Positions 1 through 10,085 are shown, numbered from the stretch's first letter. The stretch: DNA of 64,000 nt from an uncultured delta proteobacterium (GCA_963765675.1 CAVXXK010000001.1:544001-608000); one strand, 5' to 3'. The notes: generated by a model not told the origin, from the letters alone. Made by a program: numbers and translations.

Positions 1-1
1 G

Positions 2-238
2 GCGCAGCGCGACGGCAGCGCGATCGAGTCGCTACCGGCCATTCGCGTGCCGACACTGGTCCTGGTCGGGGCGTCGGACGAGCGGTTTTTGCCTTCAGCC
101 GACTACATGGCGGCGAAAATCCCGGGCGCCGAAAAGGTCGTCCTCGCAGGCGCCGGACATGCCGCCAATATCGACCAACCCGAGGCTTTCAACGCGGCGG
201 TAAGCAAATTCCTCAGTCGAGCTGTCGCCCGAACCTAG
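2..238 (+). CDS. alpha/beta fold hydrolase, C-terminal part (runs off the window start)
   Basis: Frame open from base 2; C-terminal a/b-hydrolase pattern PTLVLVG..D....IPGAEKVVL.GAGHAANIDQPEAFN with the catalytic His. Confidence 0.85.
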   Translation, partial: AQRDGSAIESLPAIRVPTLVLVGASDERFLPSADYMAAKIPGAEKVVLAGAGHAANIDQPEAFNAAVSKFLSRAVART

Positions 239-366
239 CCGATTGCCAACGGTGGTCAACGCCGTTCGCTGCCGTCGCGCGCATAAGACATAGGCGCATC
301 GGCCCGCGATATTCGCTAACATCGCGGGAGTGATACTACCCGTCCCTTCACAGACCGAGCCGCCTT

Positions 367-1518
367 ATGCCAGCTGAGCGCAAGGCCGCCGACGCGGGCT
401 CCGTCACCTTCGAGCGGGGCTCTGACTCCTCGCTCACCATTCATCTGTCGGGCTCGTGGCGGATGCGCCATGGGCTGCCGACGGGAGACCTGCTGAACCG
501 GGAGCTGATGCGTTCGGGCGAGATCCAGCGCGTCGTGTTCGAGGCCAGCGACCTTGGGGACTGGGATTCCGGCCTGCTGATCTTCGTCACGCACGCAATC
601 GACACCTGCAAAGCGCGCAAAATTGACACTGACGTCTCCGGCCTGCCCGCCGGAGTTAAGCGGCTGATCGACCTCGCCGAGGCGGTCCCTGAAAACAAGG
701 ACGCAGAGACCAAAGTCAAAGCTCGCCCATTCGTCGAGAGGGTCGGGCGAGCGACGATCAACTACCTGGACGGCCTTGATGAGTTCGTCAATTTCCTGGG
801 CGCGCTCGCGATCGCGTTTGGCCGTTTGATCGCCGGCAAAGCGAGATTTCGGCGCGTCGATCTGATGATCGAAATCCAGGATTGCGGCGCGCGCGCGTTT
901 GGAATCGTCACGCTGATCAGTTTCCTGGTCGGCGTGATTCTGGCCTTCATGGGCGCGGTTCAGTTGCAGCAGTTCGGTGCTTCGATCTACGTCGCAGACC
1001 TGGTCGCGATCGGGATGGTGCGGGACATGGGCGCGATGATGACGGCGATCATCATGGCCGGACGCACCGGCGCCGCGTTCGCCGCGCAGCTCGGCTCGAT
1101 GAAGGTCACCCAGGAGATCGACGCGCTGACGACGATGGGTCTCGCGCCGATGGAGTTCCTGGTATTGCCGCGCGTGCTCGCGCTGATCCTGATGATGCCG
1201 CTTTTGTGCGTTTACTCGGACATGCTTGGCATTCTCGGCGGAGCCGCGGTGGGAGCCGGGATGCTCAATATCTCGCTCGGCAGCTACATGCGCGAAACCG
1301 TCGCCGCAATCGAGCTGGGTGGGGTGTTCGGCGGAATTTTCAAAGCAACCGTGTATGGCGCGATTATCGGAACCGCGGGATGCCTGCGCGGGTTCCAGTG
1401 CGGCAGCAGCAGCTCGGCGGTCGGCGACGCGGCAACCAGCGCGGTCGTGACCGGAATCGTGTATGTCGTCGTGGCATGCGGAGTGTTTGCGGTACTGTTC
1501 AATATTCTTGGAATCTGA
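367..1518 (+). CDS. mlaE: MlaE-family ABC permease with N-terminal STAS-like domain
   Basis: AGRTGAAFAAQLGSMKVTQEIDAL motif; N-terminal WDSGLL STAS-like region; first gene of the operon. Confidence 0.9.
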   Translation: MPAERKAADAGSVTFERGSDSSLTIHLSGSWRMRHGLPTGDLLNRELMRSGEIQRVVFEASDLGDWDSGLLIFVTHAIDTCKARKIDTDVSGLPAGVKRLIDLAEAVPENKDAETKVKARPFVERVGRATINYLDGLDEFVNFLGALAIAFGRLIAGKARFRRVDLMIEIQDCGARAFGIVTLISFLVGVILAFMGAVQLQQFGASIYVADLVAIGMVRDMGAMMTAIIMAGRTGAAFAAQLGSMKVTQEIDALTTMGLAPMEFLVLPRVLALILMMPLLCVYSDMLGILGGAAVGAGMLNISLGSYMRETVAAIELGGVFGGIFKATVYGAIIGTAGCLRGFQCGSSSSAVGDAATSAVVTGIVYVVVACGVFAVLFNILGI

Positions 1519-2367
1519 GTGGTGGATAAACATTTGAGCGAAACCCAGAGCATCCAGACCGCGCGACCGCGCACAAAGTCCGTCGAGACTGACATCGTCG
1601 TGCGCAATCTTACGATGGCGTACGGCGATTTCGTCCTGATGCGCAATCTGAATTTCGACGTCAAGCGCAGCGCCGTGTTCATCATCATGGGCGGCAGCGG
1701 ATGCGGCAAAAGTACGCTGCTGCGCCACCTGTTGGGCCTCAAAGAGCCGGCCAAAGGAGAGATTCTTTACGGCGACCTGAACTTCACCCACGCCGCCCCC
1801 GACGCACGCGAGCAACAGCTACGGCGCTTCGGCGTGCTCTACCAGGGCGGAGCACTGTGGAGCTCGATGACGCTGGCGGAGAACATCGGGCTTCCGCTCG
1901 AGGAGTTCACGGACCTTTCGACCGCAGAAATTCGCCAAGTCGCGTCGCTAAAATTATCGCTGGTCGGACTAAAAGGTTTCGAGGACTACTACCCGAGCCA
2001 GATCAGCGGCGGGATGCAGAAGCGCGCGGGCCTGGCGCGCGCGATCGCTCTCGATCCGGAAATCCTGTTCTTCGACGAACCGTCGGCCGGGCTCGACCCG
2101 ATCAGCTCGCGGCTGCTCGACGAGTTGATCCTTGAAATCCGCGACTCGCTCGGCGCCACGGTCGTGGTGGTGACGCACGAGCTCGCGAGCATCTTCGCGA
2201 TCGGCGACGACAGCATCTTTCTCGACGCCGACAGCCATACCGCGATTGCCCACGGCAATCCTCGCGAGTTGCTCGAACACTCGACCGATCCTCGCGTGCG
2301 CCGTTTTCTGACCCGCGGCGTCGAAGGCGAACCTGAAGCGGCGGAGGGCGGCAAGGCGGGAAAATAA
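1519..2367 (+). CDS. mlaF: MlaF-type ABC transporter ATP-binding protein
   Basis: Walker A GGSGCGKS, signature ISGGMQKR, Walker B FFDEPSAGLDP, VTH switch. Confidence 0.92.
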   Translation: MVDKHLSETQSIQTARPRTKSVETDIVVRNLTMAYGDFVLMRNLNFDVKRSAVFIIMGGSGCGKSTLLRHLLGLKEPAKGEILYGDLNFTHAAPDAREQQLRRFGVLYQGGALWSSMTLAENIGLPLEEFTDLSTAEIRQVASLKLSLVGLKGFEDYYPSQISGGMQKRAGLARAIALDPEILFFDEPSAGLDPISSRLLDELILEIRDSLGATVVVVTHELASIFAIGDDSIFLDADSHTAIAHGNPRELLEHSTDPRVRRFLTRGVEGEPEAAEGGKAGK

Positions 2368-2370
2368 TCG

Positions 2371-3360
2371 ATGGGCAAGAAAGTCAATCCAACCATGGTG
2401 GGCGTGTTCGTTCTGGGCGCCCTGGCTCTGGTGATTATCGGAATAATCGTGATCGGCGGCAGCAATATTTTTCGCCGCTCGCATCGCTTCGTGCTGTACT
2501 TCAGCAGCGACGTTAATGGCCTGCGCGTCGGCGCACCGGTCAAGTTTCGCGGCGTCGAGATCGGCTCCGTGGTCGCGGTGATGCTGAGCGTGCCGGGAAT
2601 GGAAGGCGGCCTTGCGCAGAACAGCTCCCAGATCAGGATCCCGGTCGTGATTCAGCTCGACTCGGCCAAGCTGATAAGCCACGGTGCGGAGGTCAACCTG
2701 GAAGATCCGGAAGAGATGCAGCAGGCGATCGCGATGGGGCTGCGCGGACAGCTCGCGACTGAGAGCATCCTGACCGGTCTGCAGTATGTCGATCTGGATA
2801 TGCATCCCCAGGATCCGGCCAAGTTCTTTCTCGGCAAGAATTCTCCCTATCCCGAAATCCCGACGCTGCCCACCACCTTCGAACAGGCGCAGATCGCGAT
2901 CACCAGGGTCCTGACCGCGCTGGAGCAAATCGATTTCAACAAATTGGTCAAGGAAGTGACCAAAACCATGGAGGCGGTGACGAATCTAGTGACTTCGCCC
3001 AAGCTCAACGCCTCAATCGACGCGCTCAATCGCACCGCCAACAGCCTCGGTGCCAGCGCGCAAAGCATCCAGCGCCTGTCCGATACGCTCAACCGGAAGA
3101 TTGATCCGATCTCAAAGAGCCTGGTCGCGACAACCGACCAGGCGCGCCAGACGCTCAGGCAGACTCAGGACACGCTGGCTGCCGTGCAGGCGTCGGTGGG
3201 GCCGGGGTCGCCGGTCAATTACGAGCTGACGCAGACGCTCCAGGACACCGCGCAGGCCGCGCGCTCGCTAAAGCAATTGACCGACTACCTGCAACGTAAC
3301 CCGAGCTCGTTGTTACGCGGACGCGCGCAACCGGAGGAATCGAAGGGGGTTTTGAAATGA
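2371..3360 (+). CDS. MlaD/MCE-domain protein with long helical extension (PqiB-like C-terminus)
   Basis: N-terminal TM helix, GLRVGAPVKFRGVEIGSV MCE motif, C-terminal LQRNPSSLLRG. Confidence 0.9.
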   Translation: MGKKVNPTMVGVFVLGALALVIIGIIVIGGSNIFRRSHRFVLYFSSDVNGLRVGAPVKFRGVEIGSVVAVMLSVPGMEGGLAQNSSQIRIPVVIQLDSAKLISHGAEVNLEDPEEMQQAIAMGLRGQLATESILTGLQYVDLDMHPQDPAKFFLGKNSPYPEIPTLPTTFEQAQIAITRVLTALEQIDFNKLVKEVTKTMEAVTNLVTSPKLNASIDALNRTANSLGASAQSIQRLSDTLNRKIDPISKSLVATTDQARQTLRQTQDTLAAVQASVGPGSPVNYELTQTLQDTAQAARSLKQLTDYLQRNPSSLLRGRAQPEESKGVLK

Positions 3361-3983
3361 AGCGCGCCGCGCAATTCGTCGCGATCGCAATTCTGACCAT
3401 CGCGGGTGCCGCCGCCAGCGGCTGCTCGCTCGGCCTTCAGCCGCGGCCCGACGACTCGAAATTCTTCGTGCTCTCCCCGGTCGCCGCCTCGCCGTCGTCA
3501 TCGTCGGCAAGCGGCAGCGCGATGGTGATTGGAATCGGTCCGATCAAGCTGCCCGATTATCTCGAGCGCCAGGAAATCGTGACCCGCGTCGCGCCCAACC
3601 GGATGGTTCTGTCCGGCACCGACCGTTGGGCGGAGGGACTCGACGGCAACTTTACGCAGGTGTTCGCGCAGGACCTGGGCGCGACGCTCGGCACTCAACG
3701 CATCGTATTTTTTCCGTGGTACCGAACCGCGACGATCGACTACCAGGTGCAGCTCGACGTTTATCGCTTCGAGAGCGACGGCTCCGGCACCGTCACGCTG
3801 ACCGCGCATTGGCAGATCCTCGATCACCTCGGCAAGATGCTCTACGTGACGGACTCGACTTTCACCGCGACCGCCGCCTCGCGAAGCACCACCGCCGTCG
3901 TAGCCGCGATGAGCACAGCTTTGGGCGACCTCGCGCAGGAAATCGCGTCAAAGATCGCGTCGCTGCCCGCGCCGAGAAGATAA
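3357..3983 (+). CDS. PqiC-family lipoprotein (ABC auxiliary component)
   Basis: Lipobox ASGC; LPDYLERQEIV and RWAEGL motifs; ATGA overlap with the MCE gene. Confidence 0.85.
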   Translation: MKRAAQFVAIAILTIAGAAASGCSLGLQPRPDDSKFFVLSPVAASPSSSSASGSAMVIGIGPIKLPDYLERQEIVTRVAPNRMVLSGTDRWAEGLDGNFTQVFAQDLGATLGTQRIVFFPWYRTATIDYQVQLDVYRFESDGSGTVTLTAHWQILDHLGKMLYVTDSTFTATAASRSTTAVVAAMSTALGDLAQEIASKIASLPAPRR

Positions 3984-4007
3984 GCCGGCTCAGCTATCGG
4001 CAGACCA

Positions 4008-7000
4008 TCACGGCTCCTTGCTGGAGGCGGCGTGCGGCGCCCATTTCAGGATTCCTAGATCGGCGACGAAAATCGCGTAAAACGATTTGACCAGGATCAG
4101 CTCGATCACCGTAGCGAGTGCGAGTCCTCCGATCTGCGCGTAGCACAGCGGCTGCCAGAGCGGGCCGCCGTGCAGCGCCAGCGGAAACAGCGCCAGCACA
4201 GTTGCGCCCACGGTCACCATCACCGGCCGCAAGCGCTCGATTCCCGCGTCGAGCAATCCCTGGATCAGCTCCTCACCCATCTCACGGCGCTCTTCGATAA
4301 ACTCGAACAGCACGATTACGTGACTGACGATCACGCCGACGAGACTCGCGATGCCCAAAAACGCCATGAAGCCGAACGGCGCACCCATGATCCAAAGCGC
4401 GGCGACCGCGCCGACCGCGCCATACGGCACCGCCACGAACACCAGCCACGGCTTTACGAGATTGTTGAACTGCACCACCAGCGCGACGAAGATCAGCACC
4501 ACAGAAATCAACAGCACTACCGCCAGTTGGCCAAAGCCCTCGCTCTGCTTGGCCTGCTCGCCGCCGATCTCGAGGCGGTAGCCAGGCGGCAAGTGGCTGG
4601 CGATCTCTTTGAGCTTCGGGGTCGCGATCTTCATGACTTCCGACGGAAGCACGCCGGGAGCCGGATAGGCGACCACGGAGATCGTGCGAAAGTGATCGCG
4701 CCGGACGATCCGCTCGGGCGACAAGCGAAACACGATTGGCGCAACCGCCTGGATCGGAACCCGCCCGTTTCCTTGCGACGCAAAGATGTAAAGACTTCCC
4801 AGGTCTGAAAGCTGGGCGCGCTCCTGCTGGCGAAGGCGCGCGACGATCGGGATGCGCAGGTCACCGCTGATCAGCGTTCCCACCTGCGCTCCGGAAAGGC
4901 CCGCGGCGGCGGAATTGGCGATGTCCTGATTGGTTACACCGGCCAGATTCGCGCGATCGGGATTTATCGGCAGATCGATGACCGGACTCTCGGCCATCCA
5001 GTCAGTGCGGATGCGCCGCGCACCGGGAACCGAGCGCAGCACCGCCTCGGCCTGGTTGGCGATATTCTGAAGCGTCTCGATATCCGCCTGCTCGCGCGCC
5101 GGATCGATATCGGCCTGGCCGAAGATATGCACCTCGATTGGATAGCGCACCGGATTGGTGAGCAGTTGGCACACGTCAACGTATGCGCCGGGAACTTCCT
5201 TCGACAAGAGATTCTGGAGCGGGCCGACAAACTTCGGCATGTCTTCCTTATTTTCGATCTCGAGGATCAACTGCGCGTAATTAGCCTGTGGTGATTCCGG
5301 TGACACCGAAAACCAGAAGCGCGGCCCACCGCCGCCGACGAAGCTGGTGATCGATTTCAGGATCGTGCGCGGATGACCATGCTCGGGATGTTCCTTGCCA
5401 TATTCCGCGGCCGCGTTGCGCACCACTGCCGCGACTTTTTTCGCGGTGGCGTCAGTTTGAGAAATCGCCGCGCCGTTGGGAAGCCATACGTCGATATACG
5501 ACAGGTACTGCACATCCTCGGGAAAGTAGGCGCTGCGCAATTGCTTCGCGATCAGAAACCCCGCGATCAGAAACAGCATCGAGCATGCAACAAACGTCTT
5601 GCGATGCTCCAATGCGTAGTGCCCAATCCGGTAGTACACGCCGGTAGCGCCGTGGCTGCGCCGATACTCGATCGGCGGCAGCGGTTTTCCGGGCCGCATC
5701 AGGTAGTAACCGAGTTGCGGAATAAAGGTCATCGAAATGATCCGCGACGCGACCAGTGCGCAGGTCATCACGATCGGCAGGCTGTAGAGAAAATTCCCGG
5801 TGTCGCCCGAGAGCAACAGAAACGGCAGGTAGGCAACGATATTGGTGATGGTCGAGAACAGGATTGCACGTTCGAGCTTGGTCGGCCCAAGCCACGACGC
5901 GACTTCCGCCGGATGCCCGAGACCCAGATCGTGCTTGATCGCGTCGCCCGCCACCACCGGATCGTCCACCAACAGTCCAAGGGCGATGATCAAGGTCGCG
6001 ATCGACACCTGCTGGAGATCGATGCCGAGCACGTACATCATGCCGAACGTCATCGCGAGCGTGAGCGGAATTGACAGCGCGATCAGCAGCGCCGCGCGCC
6101 AATCCCAGAATCCGATCAGCGCAATGACGACCACCAGCGCGATCGCCTCGTACAGCGCACCGATGAACAGATGCACATTTTCGCGAACCTGGAGCGGCTG
6201 ATCGGAGGTGCGCGCGACTACGAGGTCCTCGGGCAGGCGGGTCTTCAGTCCCGCGATCGCCTTGTCGACTGCCGCGCCGAAGGCGCTTATCTGCTCGCCC
6301 GAGCGCATGAATACCGCGATCGTTACCGCCCGGCCGCGGTTCCAGTGCCCGTCGGCGGTCTTCCAGGTATAGAAATTCAGGAGCCGCGGCGGCGCTTCGT
6401 AACCGCGCGAGATATCCGCCAGATCGCGCAGGTAGAACGGCGATCCGGATTCCGACTTGCCGAGAATCACGTCGCCAATCTCCTGAGCGTCGGTAAATTC
6501 GCCGCTCGGATGCAGCGTCACGTCGGTGCCGGCCGCGTTGATCATCCCGGCCGACTGCGTGATATTTCGCGACGACAGAATCTGCGAAAGTTTGCTTGGC
6601 GTAAACCCGTACGACGCAAGCCGCTCTTGCGAGTAGACCAGGTTGACCCATTCCGGCAAAACGCCAGTGCGCGAGACCTTCTCGACGTCGGGAACCGCTT
6701 CCAGAGCACGCGAGATCAGATCGGTGTAGCGCTCGAGCTCGCGGTACGTGTACTTGTCACCCGCCGAGGCTTCGAGAATCGCCTCGGTCTGCGCCGGATC
6801 CCTGATCTCGACCGGCGGCCACGCGTCGGGATGAAACGCTTCGAACATCGAGGTCCCGACCTGGGAGTTGATATAGGCAGTCGCAGTTTTCACCAGGTCG
6901 GCGCCCGCAGGCTGTGCGGCGTCGAGGCCCGAAAAACCTGATCCGTCGAGCGGGCGAATATCGGTCGCCGCGTGATGCTCCGCCAGATAACGCGACAGCG

Positions 7001-7661
7001 CGTCGCGCACCCGCGTCACCGACTCGGCAGGCATCGTCGGCGGGAAGATCGTCACTAGCGAAATGCGATTGGATTTCGACTCCGGCGCGACGTTCGCGCG
7101 CGCTTTCTCGATCGCGGCGCGAACCTGACGCGCGCGTAGAGCAATCTCGACCTCGTTCACTTTGGGGCTCGCGACGGTCAGCATCAATGCCGCGGTATCG
7201 CCGAAATCGCTCTGGAACTGGATCGGGCCGGCTCCGTCAGGCAGATTGCGGATACTGGCGAGCTTGAGATTGATGTCGTTGAATTGCTTTTCGGTATCGC
7301 CGACGTTTTGAGTGAGCTGGATATAAACGATCGCGAGCCCGTCGAGCGTCAGCGATCGGATTCCGTAGTCGGTCCCGACGCCGGCGGGATGGATGTAGGA
7401 GTTGGTCGCGATCTTCTCCTCCATCTTGCGCGTTACGGTCTGTTCGATTTTCTCGGCGCTGACTCCTGGCCACGGACATATCGCGAGCGCCTGGCGCACT
7501 GGAATATCCGGATCCTTGCGCTTGGGCATGTGGAGGTAGCCGTAAATGCCCCACGCAACCACTGCGGCCAGCAGCACCCACGAGATGGCGCGATTCTCTA
7601 CAAAAAACCGCGCGGTGTTATGGGTCGTGCGGATTATTTCTTCGTCGCTGCGATGTGCCAT
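4008..7661 (-). CDS. RND efflux transporter permease subunit (AcrB/AcrD/AcrF family)
   Basis: 1217 aa; two large periplasmic loops; TM4 GLLVDDPVV; RLRPVMVT motif. Confidence 0.92.
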   Translation of the reverse strand: MAHRSDEEIIRTTHNTARFFVENRAISWVLLAAVVAWGIYGYLHMPKRKDPDIPVRQALAICPWPGVSAEKIEQTVTRKMEEKIATNSYIHPAGVGTDYGIRSLTLDGLAIVYIQLTQNVGDTEKQFNDINLKLASIRNLPDGAGPIQFQSDFGDTAALMLTVASPKVNEVEIALRARQVRAAIEKARANVAPESKSNRISLVTIFPPTMPAESVTRVRDALSRYLAEHHAATDIRPLDGSGFSGLDAAQPAGADLVKTATAYINSQVGTSMFEAFHPDAWPPVEIRDPAQTEAILEASAGDKYTYRELERYTDLISRALEAVPDVEKVSRTGVLPEWVNLVYSQERLASYGFTPSKLSQILSSRNITQSAGMINAAGTDVTLHPSGEFTDAQEIGDVILGKSESGSPFYLRDLADISRGYEAPPRLLNFYTWKTADGHWNRGRAVTIAVFMRSGEQISAFGAAVDKAIAGLKTRLPEDLVVARTSDQPLQVRENVHLFIGALYEAIALVVVIALIGFWDWRAALLIALSIPLTLAMTFGMMYVLGIDLQQVSIATLIIALGLLVDDPVVAGDAIKHDLGLGHPAEVASWLGPTKLERAILFSTITNIVAYLPFLLLSGDTGNFLYSLPIVMTCALVASRIISMTFIPQLGYYLMRPGKPLPPIEYRRSHGATGVYYRIGHYALEHRKTFVACSMLFLIAGFLIAKQLRSAYFPEDVQYLSYIDVWLPNGAAISQTDATAKKVAAVVRNAAAEYGKEHPEHGHPRTILKSITSFVGGGGPRFWFSVSPESPQANYAQLILEIENKEDMPKFVGPLQNLLSKEVPGAYVDVCQLLTNPVRYPIEVHIFGQADIDPAREQADIETLQNIANQAEAVLRSVPGARRIRTDWMAESPVIDLPINPDRANLAGVTNQDIANSAAAGLSGAQVGTLISGDLRIPIVARLRQQERAQLSDLGSLYIFASQGNGRVPIQAVAPIVFRLSPERIVRRDHFRTISVVAYPAPGVLPSEVMKIATPKLKEIASHLPPGYRLEIGGEQAKQSEGFGQLAVVLLISVVLIFVALVVQFNNLVKPWLVFVAVPYGAVGAVAALWIMGAPFGFMAFLGIASLVGVIVSHVIVLFEFIEERREMGEELIQGLLDAGIERLRPVMVTVGATVLALFPLALHGGPLWQPLCYAQIGGLALATVIELILVKSFYAIFVADLGILKWAPHAASSKEP

Positions 7662-8866
7662 TAGGGGATAATCCGGATTTGCTGGCCGTCGGTGACCATG
7701 GTCGCGCCGCGCACGATCACGCGGTCACCAATCGCAACTCCGGAGTCCACCGCGATTTCGTTGCCGACAATATCGCCCAGCCGCACCTTGTGCATCCGCG
7801 CGATCGTTTTGCCGCCCTCTGCGCTGGCGACGAATACGGCATAGCCGCTCGGATCCTCGGGTGGGCGGACCACTGCGTTTATTGGAACCGTCGCCGCGGT
7901 CGCGATTGGCGCGGACGCGTTGTTAGCGAGCTTGAGCGACGCGATCATCCCGACGCGTAAGCGGCCGTCCTTGTTCGGGATCGTGACCTCGACGTCGAAG
8001 GTGCGTGTGTTCTGGTCGGCGCTCTGCGCAATCCGCGTGATCTGCCCTTCGAGCTGCACGCCTGGCAGCGCCTCGGTGCGCAAGGTCTGCACTTGCCCCT
8101 GTTTCAACTGCCCCACTTCTATATCCGAGACTGCGAAGATCGCCTTCATCTCGGTCGTGTCGGCAATCTGAAACGCAACGACGCTCGGGCCGACCAGCGA
8201 ACCGATTTCGATTCCGCGGCTCAGCATCACGGCGTTCATAGGCGAGGTCAGCTTGCAGTAACCGAGATTGATCTGCGCCTGCTTGAGCGAGGCCTCGGAC
8301 TGCTTCACCTGCGCATCGGAAGACCTGTACTGTTGGACGGCATTGTCGTAGTCGCGTTGCGCGATGATCTTTTCCTTGAACAAGGCGCTATTGCGATTGT
8401 AGTCGGCCTTTGCCTTCGCATAGGTCGCCTCCGCATTGACCAGCACCGAGGCGGCCTGATTGACCTGCTGCTGATAGGGTCCGGTCTGAATCGTCGCGAG
8501 CAGTTCGCCGTTTTTTACGGGATCGCCGCCCTGGATATCGCGGGTGCGTCCTCCCGCTCCCGCAACTTGCTTGATCGTCTCGACATAGCCGTTGACCTGA
8601 AATGTCAAGCCAACCTGGCGGTAGGGCTGAAGGTTCGCGGTGTATGCGCCGCGATGGGCCTGCGTAGCCTCTCTGACCGCGCGCACGGTTACCGCAATCG
8701 GCGGCTCGGTGGTGGGGTTCGGGTGATTACCGCATCCGACTCCGCCGGCGATTGCCGCTACAATCAGTAATGCAAGCGAAAGATTGCGTATGTGCAAGTC
8801 GCTCCCTCCCGAATGGCTCCGCGTACGTGCCGAATCCTCCGCCACGCGCCGCCCTTCCTGCCCCAA
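7661..8866 (-). CDS. RND efflux periplasmic adaptor (membrane fusion protein)
   Basis: Lipoprotein-like signal (GVGC); biotinyl-lipoyl-like halves flanking an alpha-hairpin; ADQNTRTFDVEV and LRVGM motifs; start codon uncertain. Confidence 0.9.
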   Translation of the reverse strand: MGQEGRRVAEDSARTRSHSGGSDLHIRNLSLALLIVAAIAGGVGCGNHPNPTTEPPIAVTVRAVREATQAHRGAYTANLQPYRQVGLTFQVNGYVETIKQVAGAGGRTRDIQGGDPVKNGELLATIQTGPYQQQVNQAASVLVNAEATYAKAKADYNRNSALFKEKIIAQRDYDNAVQQYRSSDAQVKQSEASLKQAQINLGYCKLTSPMNAVMLSRGIEIGSLVGPSVVAFQIADTTEMKAIFAVSDIEVGQLKQGQVQTLRTEALPGVQLEGQITRIAQSADQNTRTFDVEVTIPNKDGRLRVGMIASLKLANNASAPIATAATVPINAVVRPPEDPSGYAVFVASAEGGKTIARMHKVRLGDIVGNEIAVDSGVAIGDRVIVRGATMVTDGQQIRIIP

Positions 8867-8913
8867 ATGCGCTCGCGATGTTATCAGAAATCACTCAGCC
8901 TCCGCGCTACCCC

Positions 8914-9945
8914 TTACGCATAGATGCGAGAGGTATCGCGAATCCGGGCTTTGATTTCGTCGCGGAGTGTTTTGGGTTCGAGCACCTTGATAAACGGGCT
9001 CATCGCCATGATCCAATTGGCAAGCTCCGCTGTCCCTTTGAGTCTGAGCCGCAAGAGCGTCCGGCCGTCGCGCGCTACCGAAAGCTGTTGAGAAGGGTGA
9101 ATAGTGCGCGCACCAAGGCGAGCGTCCGTTTCCGGACTGAGGCTTTTCAGTACTACCGTCGTCTCGCGATCCTCACTGACGATCCCGAATGTTCCTTGCA
9201 CGAATGCCGCGGGATTGTATGACGCGGGCAGCTGGAATCTTTCGTCAGTGCCGGAATCGTCTTTGATGAATTCCACCGAGCGCATCCGCTCGACGGCCAA
9301 ATAGATAATCCCCGAGCCGCGATGACTGCGGCCCAGTAGATATAGTCCGCCGCGATATTGAACCAGGGTGTACGGATTGAAGTCGTGCTTCCGATCGCTG
9401 CCATCGGTCCGATTCATCGACGCATAGTGGATCCGCAGGCGCTTCTCGTCGAGCAGCGCGCGCATAATCACGTCGATCTGTTCTTCATACGGACGATAAT
9501 CTTTGGGGACGTACTGCACGGTGTAGAACTTGCGATTGAAGTCGCGCAGCCTGAACTGCCACGCTGGCGGCAGGTTGGTCCGCACCCGCTCCCAGATATC
9601 GTCAACGCCCGACTTGAGCACGGTGCCCTCGAGAAATTTCAGCAACGCCAGGCTCGAGTACATCGCTGCCGCCTGATACACGTTCGAGCTCGGCCCTCCC
9701 CGCCGCGCCACCAATCGCAGCTTGCGGCTCGCACCGGCGCCCGCCGTCTCGACCACCATTTGCCCCAGCTTTCCGCGCATCCTCACGAACTCGCGCACGT
9801 AGCGGTCCACCGTGCGTCCACTGACCCCAAGCTCGCGCTTAATTCTCTGGAGCGGCACTCCGAGCGGCTCTTCCGTCAGCATCATCGCGATTCGCGCGTA
9901 ACGGATTCCCGACTCATAGGTTGGTTTTCTTGATTTGACCACCAT
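8914..9945 (-). CDS. WYL-domain transcriptional regulator (wHTH-WYL-WCX; PafB/DriD-like)
   Basis: HTH ELGVSGRTVDRYV; WYL core PYTLVQYRGGLYLLG...LAVERM; WCX WIMAMSPFIKVLEPKTLR; ATG at 9945 preceded by GAAGGAGG. Confidence 0.9.
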   Translation of the reverse strand: MVVKSRKPTYESGIRYARIAMMLTEEPLGVPLQRIKRELGVSGRTVDRYVREFVRMRGKLGQMVVETAGAGASRKLRLVARRGGPSSNVYQAAAMYSSLALLKFLEGTVLKSGVDDIWERVRTNLPPAWQFRLRDFNRKFYTVQYVPKDYRPYEEQIDVIMRALLDEKRLRIHYASMNRTDGSDRKHDFNPYTLVQYRGGLYLLGRSHRGSGIIYLAVERMRSVEFIKDDSGTDERFQLPASYNPAAFVQGTFGIVSEDRETTVVLKSLSPETDARLGARTIHPSQQLSVARDGRTLLRLRLKGTAELANWIMAMSPFIKVLEPKTLRDEIKARIRDTSRIYA

Positions 9946-9970
9946 CGGCGCCTCCTTCAGAGGCATCCGG

Positions 9971-10019
9971 ATTATAGCTGCTCGCTAAGACAACCGCTGT
10001 CTTGTGGAGCAGTTATAAT
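9971..10019. promoter_or_regulatory. Symmetric bidirectional promoter/operator: TGTCTT-N10-TATAAT on both strands
   Basis: ATTATA(9971-9976)-N10-AAGACA(9987-9992)-N5-TGTCTT(9998-10003)-N10-TATAAT(10014-10019), between the divergent WYL gene and recC. Confidence 0.85.
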
Positions 10020-10085
10020 GAGCGTGTTGGACGAGGCAAATCGAAACCCATATCGTCAGCCTTAAGGCACGGAGAGAAACGGGGG

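Noticed and set aside
10002-10085. Upstream TTG start of recC given in the ORF track
   Set aside because: It lies inside the promoter palindrome; RecC homology begins at ATG 10086
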